Source: a virus (Duplodnaviria > Caudoviricetes). Taken from it: a stretch of DNA of 30,280 nt. Made by a program: the position numbers and the translations under genes. Positions 8,184 through 15,563 of this stretch are shown in pieces. The DNA lies in the IMG/VR virus record IMGVR_UViG_3300023176_004599, positions 1 to 30,280 of that record. One strand, 5' to 3'. The first letter of the stretch is position 1. Each line of letters starts with the position of its first letter. Under the pieces are notes generated by a model. The model ran no database searches and was not told the origin of the DNA. It worked only from the letters and a program-made list of their open reading frames with translations.

Positions 8184-9869
8184 ATGTCTTGGAAAAAACA
8201 CTTTACAGTATATCAAGGACAGGATGCAAATGCATCAAGACCGAGTACTGCAAGCCGCTTTCAAAGTTGGCTACCTGAAGTATATAGTGGACAACCCAAT
8301 CGTGTTGAGCGTTATGCACAGTATGACCAAATGGATATGGACAGTGAAATCAATGCTGCCCTTGACATTATTGCTGAATTTAGTACACAAGTCGACGAAA
8401 CAACAAGTTTACCGTTTAATTTAAATTATTCAGGTGATGTTACTGAAAGCGAAGCAAAAATTCTAGAGCAAACTTTACGTCAATGGTGTAATTTGCAAGA
8501 CTGGGATAAACGCATTTTTAAAACATTTAGAAATGCAATCAAGTATGGGGATCAGTTTTTTATTCGTGATCCTGAAACTTGGGAATTATTTTATGCTAAT
8601 CCAGTTGATGTTACTAAAGTTATTATTAACGAAGCTGCAGGAAAAGAACCAGAACAATATGTATTTAAAAATTTAGATTTAAATATGCAAAATAAAACCG
8701 TAAGTGAACCTATTAGACATAGCGAGACTTACAGTAGTGTTAATAGTATGATGCGTGGTCAATCCACTGGTCAAACTGCGTTTGGAAACAACAGTGCAGT
8801 TCATAACACTATGGGAAACATACATGAATACAATGTTGATGCTGAACATGTTTTACATGCTGCACTTACAGAAGGTATGGACAGTAATTTCCCATTTGGT
8901 GCTAGTATTTTAGATCCAATCTTTAAAACTTACAAACAAAAAGAACTACTAGAAGATTCTATTATCATTTACCGTGTGCAACGTGCACCAGAGCGCAGAG
9001 TATTCTACGTTGATGTAGGCAATATGCCAGCTAACAAAGCTATGGGGTTTGTTGAGCGTGTTAAAAATGAAATTCACCAAAAGCGTATTCCAAGTAAAAC
9101 TGGTGGCGGCAATAGTATTATGGATGCTGCATATAATCCTCTATCAATTATGGAAGATTATTTCTTTGCACAAACTGCTGAAGGCAGAGGTTCAAAAGTT
9201 GAAGTTCTACCAGGTGGTGAGAACTTAGGTCAGATTGATGACTTGCGTTACTTTACAAATAAAATGCTAAGAGCATTGCGTGTACCTAGCAGTTATCTAC
9301 CAACTGGTCCAGATGATGGAACAGCAACCTATGTTGATGGTAGAGTGGGTACAGCGTTTATTCAAGAATACAGATTTAATCAGTATTGTCAACGTCTACA
9401 AAATATTCTTGGACCAGTTTTTGACAAAGAGTTTAAACTGTTTATGAAAAACAAAGGCATTAGTATTGATAGTAGTATCTTTAATCTTAAATTTGTTGAG
9501 CCACAGAGCTTTAGTGAGTACAAAGAAATTGAAGTACATGCTGCTCGTGCTAATGTGTTTAGTGCACTTGAGGGTGTTGACTATTTAAGTAGACGATTTA
9601 TGCTAGGAAAATATTTGGGCCTTACTGAAGATGAAATTCTTGAAAACGAACGTTTGTGGATGGAAGAAAATCAAAGTGGAACCAAACCAAGTGAAGACAG
9701 CGAGCCTGGGTTAGGAAGTGTTGGGGTACGTGGATTTGATATTGACTCCAATCCTGATATTCCAACCGGGGATGAATTAGACGCAGGAGAAACAGAGACA
9801 GGCGACTCACCGATCAGTGGTTCTGAAAATGTCACTGAGCCTGCAGGAGGAACACCGAATGCGCAGTAA
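8184..9869 (+). CDS. gp20: Portal protein (T4 gp20-like)
   Basis: LLEDSIIIYRVQRAPERRVFYVDVGNMP, MEDYFF, GRGSKVEVLPGGENLG, LRVPSS motifs. Confidence 0.95.
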   Translation: MSWKKHFTVYQGQDANASRPSTASRFQSWLPEVYSGQPNRVERYAQYDQMDMDSEINAALDIIAEFSTQVDETTSLPFNLNYSGDVTESEAKILEQTLRQWCNLQDWDKRIFKTFRNAIKYGDQFFIRDPETWELFYANPVDVTKVIINEAAGKEPEQYVFKNLDLNMQNKTVSEPIRHSETYSSVNSMMRGQSTGQTAFGNNSAVHNTMGNIHEYNVDAEHVLHAALTEGMDSNFPFGASILDPIFKTYKQKELLEDSIIIYRVQRAPERRVFYVDVGNMPANKAMGFVERVKNEIHQKRIPSKTGGGNSIMDAAYNPLSIMEDYFFAQTAEGRGSKVEVLPGGENLGQIDDLRYFTNKMLRALRVPSSYLPTGPDDGTATYVDGRVGTAFIQEYRFNQYCQRLQNILGPVFDKEFKLFMKNKGISIDSSIFNLKFVEPQSFSEYKEIEVHAARANVFSALEGVDYLSRRFMLGKYLGLTEDEILENERLWMEENQSGTKPSEDSEPGLGSVGVRGFDIDSNPDIPTGDELDAGETETGDSPISGSENVTEPAGGTPNAQ

Positions 9870-10059
9870 TGAATTTTTAAGAGAATACTATGAAGCAGAA
9901 GATGACGAGTACAGTAACCGTCATATAGACGATACCAGACGTAGTAGATTAACACTAAAGCATATTAATAGATTACGTAAACAACGTGAAATTCATAAAA
10001 CTGAACATGCTACTCGTACAGAACGAGTACAGCAAATTTACCGTAAATCAGTACAATAA
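9859..10059 (+). CDS. Small head-module protein (66 aa)
   Basis: ATG 9859 follows AGGAGG (9845-50) and overlaps the portal stop; DTRRSRLTLKHINRLRK. Confidence 0.7.
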   Translation: MRSNEFLREYYEAEDDEYSNRHIDDTRRSRLTLKHINRLRKQREIHKTEHATRTERVQQIYRKSVQ

Positions 10060-10061
10060 TC

Positions 10062-10122
10062 AGGTGTAAAAACTACTTATCTTGACTTTTTAGTCAAAAA
10101 GTACAGTTTTTACGCCTTTTTT
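10062..10122 (+). terminator. Long hairpin followed by a U-run (terminator-like)
   Basis: AGGTGTAAAAACT/AGTTTTTACGCCT 13-bp stem, inner TTGACT-TTTT-AGTCAA hairpin, then TTTTT. Confidence 0.5.
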
Positions 10123-10142
10123 ACATGGTAAAACGTATTGGT

Positions 10143-10150
10143 AATAAATA
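10143..10150 (+). promoter_or_regulatory. Late promoter AATAAATA
   Basis: NATAAATA upstream of the 10199 ORF, which has an AAGGAG RBS. Confidence 0.55.
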
Positions 10151-10198
10151 ATACTTGTAAACCAATAACGGTAAGCCTGAATTTTAAGGAGATAAAGG

Positions 10199-10963
10199 AT
10201 GAGCAATCATAAAGATTCACTAGTTAAAGTCCTTGAGTATCTTGTAAATGAAGAGCGTGAGAAGGCAGCAGATCTTCTTCACGATGTTTTCGTTGAGAAA
10301 GCAAAAAATCATTGGGCAGCACTTAGCGAAAGCGACGAAAGTGTTGAAGAAGATATTCAAGAAGAAGACCTTGACGAAACATATGACGTTGAAGTTGAAG
10401 AAGCAATCGACAACTATGACGCAGAAGAAGATTTTCTAGACGACATCGAGTCTGCAGAAGACGAAATTGAAGCTGAAGAAGTATTTGGCGAAGATGACGA
10501 CGAAGCAGAAATGGATCTAGAAATGTCAATGGACGACGAAGGCGAAGAAGCAGAAGAAGCTGACGCTGAAGAAGCAATGGCAAACGTAGAAGATGCAATT
10601 GCAGAACTACGTGCAGCATTTGCAGACCTAATGGGCGACGAGTCAGAAGAAGATGATGAAGAAGCAATGGAACCAGAAATGGAAGAAGTTGCATTTGAGT
10701 CAGATGACGCAGACGATGAAGAAGTCGAAGGTCTTGAAGAAGGTGCAGAACTAAAAGCAGTTAGCGTAAGCCATACAGATGGTAGCGACAGCAAAGGTTC
10801 ACCTGTAAACAATGCAGGTAATGACATGGGCAATCCACATCCAACAGATACAGCTGAAGAATCAAGTGCAGCAGCACCAGCAGCTAAAGACATGGGTGTA
10901 ACAGGTCCACAAGAAGCAGGCGATCCAAAGCCAGCACCAGCGCCAAAAAGAGAGATGAAGTAA
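10199..10963 (+). CDS. Highly acidic prohead core/scaffold-associated protein
   Basis: Extremely Glu/Asp-rich; lies between portal and prohead protease, the gp67/gp68 position in T4. Confidence 0.6.
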   Translation: MSNHKDSLVKVLEYLVNEEREKAADLLHDVFVEKAKNHWAALSESDESVEEDIQEEDLDETYDVEVEEAIDNYDAEEDFLDDIESAEDEIEAEEVFGEDDDEAEMDLEMSMDDEGEEAEEADAEEAMANVEDAIAELRAAFADLMGDESEEDDEEAMEPEMEEVAFESDDADDEEVEGLEEGAELKAVSVSHTDGSDSKGSPVNNAGNDMGNPHPTDTAEESSAAAPAAKDMGVTGPQEAGDPKPAPAPKREMK

Positions 10964-10964
10964 T

Positions 10965-11606
10965 ATGTTTACACCGCTAAAAGAACATTTAACTTATAGT
11001 CAGGCAAATATTGTCACCGAAGCTGTCGATGAAGCTAACGGTGGCAAAAGCCTCTATATGAAAGGTATCTTTATTGAAGGCGATGTACAAAACCAAAACG
11101 GTAGAATTTATCCTAAAGATGAAATTCATAATGCTGTTAGAGCAATTAATGAAAAAATCAAAAAAGGATATAGCGTATTAGGTGAAGCTGATCACCCTGA
11201 TGACCTAAATATCAACCTTGATCGTGTAAGCCACATGATTACAGAAATGGATATTAATGGTGCTAATGGTATCGGTAAACTTAAGATATTACCAACTCCA
11301 ATGGGAAACATTTGTAAAACCCTACTGGAGAGTGGTGTTAAACTAGGCGTGTCAAGCAGAGGCAGTGGCAACGTAAATGAAAGCGGTAAAGTCAATGATT
11401 TTGAAATTATTACTGTAGACATTGTTGCTAATCCAAGTGCTCCAGATGCTTACCCTGATCCAATCTATGAAAGAATTATGAATCATAGAAGGGGTAATGT
11501 GTTAATGGATGTTGCTTCTGCAGTAAGCCACGACGAAAGAGCACAACGTTATCTCCAGGAAGAGGTGACAAACTTTATAAACAACCTGAAGTATAGGAGA
11601 GATTAA
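10965..11606 (+). CDS. gp21: Prohead protease (T4 gp21-like)
   Basis: GIFI, NQNGRIYP, LGEADHP, TPMG, GVSSRGSG, DIVANPSAPDA motifs. Confidence 0.95.
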   Translation: MFTPLKEHLTYSQANIVTEAVDEANGGKSLYMKGIFIEGDVQNQNGRIYPKDEIHNAVRAINEKIKKGYSVLGEADHPDDLNINLDRVSHMITEMDINGANGIGKLKILPTPMGNICKTLLESGVKLGVSSRGSGNVNESGKVNDFEIITVDIVANPSAPDAYPDPIYERIMNHRRGNVLMDVASAVSHDERAQRYLQEEVTNFINNLKYRRD

Positions 11607-11607
11607 T

Positions 11608-12702
11608 ATGGCTCACTCAATTGATGAACTATTAAGCTCAGGTGCGCTCTCCGAAGAGGTTAGATCTTCAATCAGCGAAGCATGGGAAACTAAGCAAGCT
11701 GAACTACGTGAAGAAGTTGCTAGCGAACTACGTGAAGAATTTGCAGAACGTTATGAAAATGACAAAGCGCAAATCGTAGAAGCAATGGACACAATGATTG
11801 GCGAAGTTATTGCAAAAGAACTTGAAGAGTTCCAAGCAGACAAAGCCAAAGTAGTAGAAGATCGTGTTGAATATCGTAAGCATATGAAAGAACATGCAAA
11901 TGTTCTTGATGAGTTTGTGATGGAAACACTTCGCAAAGAAATTAATGAACTTCGCGAAGACCGTGAGGCACAAGACAAGAACATGGCCCAATTAGAAGGC
12001 TTTGTACTTGAACAACTTACTAAAGAGCTCAACGAGTTTCATGAAGACAAACGCTCACTAGTTGAAGCAAAAGTCAAAATGATTAAAGAAGGCAAACAAG
12101 TTATCGAGCAGACTAAACGTAAGTTTATTGAAAATGCTGCAAGCAAAGTTGAAAAGGTTCTTGAATCAACAATCAAGAGCGAACTAACATCTTTAAGAGA
12201 AGACATCCAAGTTGCTAAAGAAAACACATTTGGACGTAAAATCTTTGAAACATTTGCAGCAGAGTTTATGGGCAGCTACCTCAATGAAGGTACTGAAGTT
12301 GCTAAATTAAACAAAGCAATGGACAAACTAAAGTCACAGCTTGATGAAGCAAATAAAGCCGTAGTAGAGAAAGAAGTTCAGCTAACTGAATCAGCACGTA
12401 AAGCACGTATTGCAGCAGACCAAGCTGAGCGCAAGTCAATCATGTCAGAAATGATGAACCCGCTTTCAAAACAACAACGTGAAGTAATGGGCGCATTACT
12501 AGAGTCTACTAAAACAGCAGACTTACAGAATGCATTCAATAAGTATCTACCATCAGTATTGAAGGAAGATGCGAAACCACAAAAAACTAAGAAGGTGCTA
12601 AGTGAATCTACAAAAGAAGTCACTGGTGGAAAATCAACTGAAGCAGAAGCTGCGGTAGATACTAACATTGTTAACCTTCGCAAATTAGCCGGTATAAGTT
12701 AA
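11608..12702 (+). CDS. gp22: Prohead scaffolding protein (T4 gp22-like)
   Basis: Long acidic coiled coil between protease and capsid genes; C-terminal LRKLAGI. Confidence 0.8.
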   Translation: MAHSIDELLSSGALSEEVRSSISEAWETKQAELREEVASELREEFAERYENDKAQIVEAMDTMIGEVIAKELEEFQADKAKVVEDRVEYRKHMKEHANVLDEFVMETLRKEINELREDREAQDKNMAQLEGFVLEQLTKELNEFHEDKRSLVEAKVKMIKEGKQVIEQTKRKFIENAASKVEKVLESTIKSELTSLREDIQVAKENTFGRKIFETFAAEFMGSYLNEGTEVAKLNKAMDKLKSQLDEANKAVVEKEVQLTESARKARIAADQAERKSIMSEMMNPLSKQQREVMGALLESTKTADLQNAFNKYLPSVLKEDAKPQKTKKVLSESTKEVTGGKSTEAEAAVDTNIVNLRKLAGIS

Positions 12703-12713
12703 GGAGACCGAAA

Positions 12714-13874
12714 ATGGCAGACAACCTAATGGAAAATTGGGCAGAAACTAAAACAGCCCTAACAGACGGTCTAACTGGAACAAAGAAAAAAGTGATGGAA
12801 ACAACACTTGAAAACACTAAGCGTTACTTGTCAGAAAGTGCAAGTCCTGGTGCAACTCAAGCAGGCAACGTTGCAACACTTAACAAAGTGATTCTTCCAG
12901 TTATTCGCCGTGTGATGCCAACTGTTATTGCTAACGAGATCGTTGGTGTACAGCCTATGACAGGCCCAGTTGGACAAATCCACACACTACGTGTGCGTTA
13001 CGCTGAAACATTTGACAGCGCAACAGCAGGCGATGAGGCACTAAGCCCATTCCAAATCGCAACAGGTTACTCAGGTAATGCAACTACTAACCGTGCAGAC
13101 GCAACAGCGACTCTAGAAGGCACAGCTGGTAAGAAAATGAGTATCCAAGTCCTAAAGCAAACTGTTGAAGCTAAAACACGTAAGCTATCAGCACGTTGGA
13201 CTTTTGAGGCAGCACAAGATGCTAACTCAATGCACGGTCTAGACGTTGAAGCAGAAATCATGCAAGCACTTGCACAAGAGATTACTGCTGAAATCGACCA
13301 AGAGATCATCTCATCTCTATCATCGCTAGCAGGTTCAGCTACAGACACATACAACCAAGCTGGTGTAAGTGGTACTGCTACTTTTGTTGGTGACGAACAT
13401 GCAGCACTAGCAGTTCTAATCAACAAAAATGCAAACACAATTGCAGCACGTACACGCCGTGGCGCAGGTAACTGGGCAGTTGTAAGCCCAGACGTTCTAA
13501 CTGTTCTACAGTCAGCAACAACAAGCGCATTTGCACGTACAACTGAAGGTCCTTTCGAGGCACCAACAAACACAAAATTCGTAGGTACACTAAACGGTAC
13601 TATGCGTGTTTATGTAAACCAGTACGCAGCAAACGACGACATCCTAGTAGGTTATAAGGGTTCAACAGAAACAGACGCAGCAGCGTTCTATTGCCCATAC
13701 ATCCCACTAATGTCAAGCGGTACAGTACTAGACCCACAAACATTCGAGCCAGTTGTTAGCTTCATGACTCGTTACGGTTATGTGGAACTAAGCAACCAAG
13801 CATCATCGCTTGGTAACGCAGCAGATTACCTAAGTAAAATTGCTGTTACAACAAACAACCTATCATTCCAATAA
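12714..13874 (+). CDS. gp23: Major capsid protein (T4 gp23-like)
   Basis: IRRVMP, GVQPMTGPVGQI, VEAKTRKL, EITAEID, TRRGAGN, FYCPYIPL, MTRYG motifs; AAGGAG RBS. Confidence 0.97.
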   Translation: MADNLMENWAETKTALTDGLTGTKKKVMETTLENTKRYLSESASPGATQAGNVATLNKVILPVIRRVMPTVIANEIVGVQPMTGPVGQIHTLRVRYAETFDSATAGDEALSPFQIATGYSGNATTNRADATATLEGTAGKKMSIQVLKQTVEAKTRKLSARWTFEAAQDANSMHGLDVEAEIMQALAQEITAEIDQEIISSLSSLAGSATDTYNQAGVSGTATFVGDEHAALAVLINKNANTIAARTRRGAGNWAVVSPDVLTVLQSATTSAFARTTEGPFEAPTNTKFVGTLNGTMRVYVNQYAANDDILVGYKGSTETDAAAFYCPYIPLMSSGTVLDPQTFEPVVSFMTRYGYVELSNQASSLGNAADYLSKIAVTTNNLSFQ

Positions 13875-13890
13875 TAGGTTACAAATTAAG

Positions 13891-13917
13891 AAAAAAGGCA
13901 CTTCGGTGCCTTTTTTT
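13891..13917 (+). terminator. Rho-independent terminator with UUCG tetraloop
   Basis: AAAAAAGGCAC-TTCG-GTGCC-TTTTTTT. Confidence 0.92.
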
Positions 13918-13939
13918 GTGACTTTTTTTAAAAAAAGTG

Positions 13940-13968
13940 TTGACATTTGTTTCTGTATATACTATATT
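13940..13968 (+). promoter_or_regulatory. Strong sigma70-type promoter TTGACA-N17-TATATT
   Basis: Perfect -35 (13940-45), 17-nt spacer, -10 at 13963-68, A/T-tract UP-like element upstream. Confidence 0.8.
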
Positions 13969-13974
13969 ATAAAC

Positions 13975-14180
13975 ATAACAGAGACGACGGTCCGAGTTAG
14001 ATAGTGCAAGGAAGAGGAGTAGACAGGCTCCGAACTTGGCTAGTAGCTGTAGTAGCAGCGCATGAGCATGGAGACATGAAGATGCGTATTTTGGAAGTAA
14101 CTATCCGATGCTAGGCTCCTGGGTATATGACAGCGAGACTGTAAACCTAGGTTGAGGGTATTCTCGAGTCCCTCCTATCA
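13975..14180 (+). ncRNA. Putative structured ncRNA, domain 1 (pseudoknotted, unknown family)
   Basis: Helices 13992-98/14033-39, 14016-20/14027-31, 14040-45/14109-14, 14046-59 hairpin, CATG-GAGA-CATG, 14118-24/14145-51, 14154-58/14170-74; pseudoknot GATAGT 14000-05/ACTATC 14100-05; no credible ORF. Confidence 0.65.
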
Positions 14181-14183
14181 TAT

Positions 14184-14290
14184 ATTATAGTGTTTTAGTA
14201 TACACACCAGAGTAGATGCACCTACTTTCCTGTGCATAGGACAAGGGCCGAAAGGCTATCAAGTGAGTGTGTATACTAAAACATTATAAT
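14184..14290 (+). ncRNA. Putative structured ncRNA, domain 2: 24-bp stem capped by three hairpins, two with complementary loops
   Basis: 14184-207 pairs with 14267-290 (one G-U); loops ATGCAC (14216-21) and GTGCAT (14232-37); GGCC-GAAA-GGCT hairpin. Confidence 0.7.
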
Positions 14291-14322
14291 TGCTTTTCCT
14301 TTCAAATTGATAACTACAAAAG

Positions 14323-14347
14323 AGCTAGCCTTGTGCTAGTTTTTTTT
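14323..14347 (+). terminator. Rho-independent terminator
   Basis: GCTAGC-CTTGT-GCTAGT followed by T7. Confidence 0.75.
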
Positions 14348-14357
14348 GTCTCTATAC

Positions 14358-14365
14358 GATAAATA
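14358..14365 (+). promoter_or_regulatory. Late promoter GATAAATA
   Basis: NATAAATA upstream of ATG 14387. Confidence 0.65.
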
Positions 14366-14386
14366 TAATTAGTACGGAGACAAAAT

Positions 14387-14989
14387 ATGAGTTCGACAAA
14401 ATTTAATCAAGACTTAAATGTTACTGGTAATATCACATTGTCTGGTAATGTTACTGCAAATGGTAACGTTATATTGGGGGATGCAGATACAGACAGTATC
14501 AGTCTAACAGCAGACATTACTAGTAATATTGTTCCAAATACAAACGTGAGTTATGATTTAGGAACAAGTACTAAATCATGGCGTGAAGTTTTTACAAGCA
14601 AAATTAACAGTGTTACTGGAGATGATCTAGATATTCATAGTGGTAGTGATATTGCATTTTATCCCACAGGAAACATTTGGATTAAACAAGACACTAAACT
14701 TATATTCGAAGGCACTGTGCCAGACGATTATGAGATTAAACTACAAGCACTAGCAGCAACAGCAGATAGAAATATTATACTCCCGGATGAAGATGGAACA
14801 CTTGCTACTCGTGAATGGGTAAATTTAAATGGTACTGGTGGTAATTCTGTTGAAAGTTTTGACTTTGGTTATATAGATACAAACTATCATACTAGTGCAA
14901 CAGGATATCTATTATCTCTAGGATCCGATATTGATATGGGTTCATACGCTGCACCGAGTGCAACAACAGTTGACCTTGGGTCGATATAA
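14387..14989 (+). CDS. Virion structural / fibre-associated protein
   Basis: GDADTDSI...YDLG...WR module shared with the downstream fibre proteins; GGAG RBS. Confidence 0.65.
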   Translation: MSSTKFNQDLNVTGNITLSGNVTANGNVILGDADTDSISLTADITSNIVPNTNVSYDLGTSTKSWREVFTSKINSVTGDDLDIHSGSDIAFYPTGNIWIKQDTKLIFEGTVPDDYEIKLQALAATADRNIILPDEDGTLATREWVNLNGTGGNSVESFDFGYIDTNYHTSATGYLLSLGSDIDMGSYAAPSATTVDLGSI

Positions 14990-14992
14990 ATA
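14985..14992 (+). promoter_or_regulatory. Late promoter TATAAATA
   Basis: Exact consensus overlapping the upstream stop codon. Confidence 0.65.
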
Positions 14993-15019
14993 TTTTAAAA
15001 TAACTCTTTGGAGAAGAAA

Positions 15020-15562
15020 ATGGCTTTATTATTAAGAAGAGGATTAGATTCAGCTAGATCAGGAATTACACCTGCAGAAGGCGAACTAGTCTATACAACA
15101 GATACTAAAAAAGTATATGTTGGTGACGGAACAACCGCTGGAGGTAACGAAGTTACTGGATCCGGAGGCGGTGGTGGCACAAGTCCACGTACAACTGTAA
15201 GCGGTACAACTGCTAGTATTGCAAATGCAGCATCTGACAATGTTGATATCACAAGTGCAGCAAAAGCATATAGTGTATTATCAATTCAAGTAGATCAAGC
15301 AGCATGGGTTAGAGTTTATAGTAGTGCCGCAGCAAGAACAAACGACAGCGGACGTTCAGAAGGTGTTGATCCAGATCCAGATGCTGGTGTACACGCTGAA
15401 ATTATTACAACTGGTGCAACTACTGTTAAATTTACACCGGCAAGTGTTGGCTGGAACGATGAAAATCCTGTAACAGATACAATTTATTTGACAGTAACTA
15501 ACAAATCAGGAAGTACAAATACAATAACAACGACATTGTTAATTTTACCATTGGAAACATAA
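15020..15562 (+). CDS. Tail-fibre-type protein with Mtd/hyaluronidase-like N-terminal domain
   Basis: LRRG...PAEGELVYTTDTKKVYVGDGTTAGG; ATG 15020 follows GGAG and is preferred over TTG 15008. Confidence 0.7.
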   Translation: MALLLRRGLDSARSGITPAEGELVYTTDTKKVYVGDGTTAGGNEVTGSGGGGGTSPRTTVSGTTASIANAASDNVDITSAAKAYSVLSIQVDQAAWVRVYSSAAARTNDSGRSEGVDPDPDAGVHAEIITTGATTVKFTPASVGWNDENPVTDTIYLTVTNKSGSTNTITTTLLILPLET

Positions 15563-15563
15563 A

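Noticed and set aside
14076-14114. 12-codon ORF MKMRILEVTIRC inside the ncRNA
   Set aside because: The GGAGA is only 1 nt from the ATG and both are buried in a hairpin; no coding support
13975-14180. tmRNA, tRNA, RNase P or group I/II intron identity for the post-capsid RNA
   Set aside because: No acceptor stem with CCA, no tag ORF ending in an ALAA-like sequence, no GAGGAAAGUCC, no domain V or ordered R/S elements, and no interrupted gene
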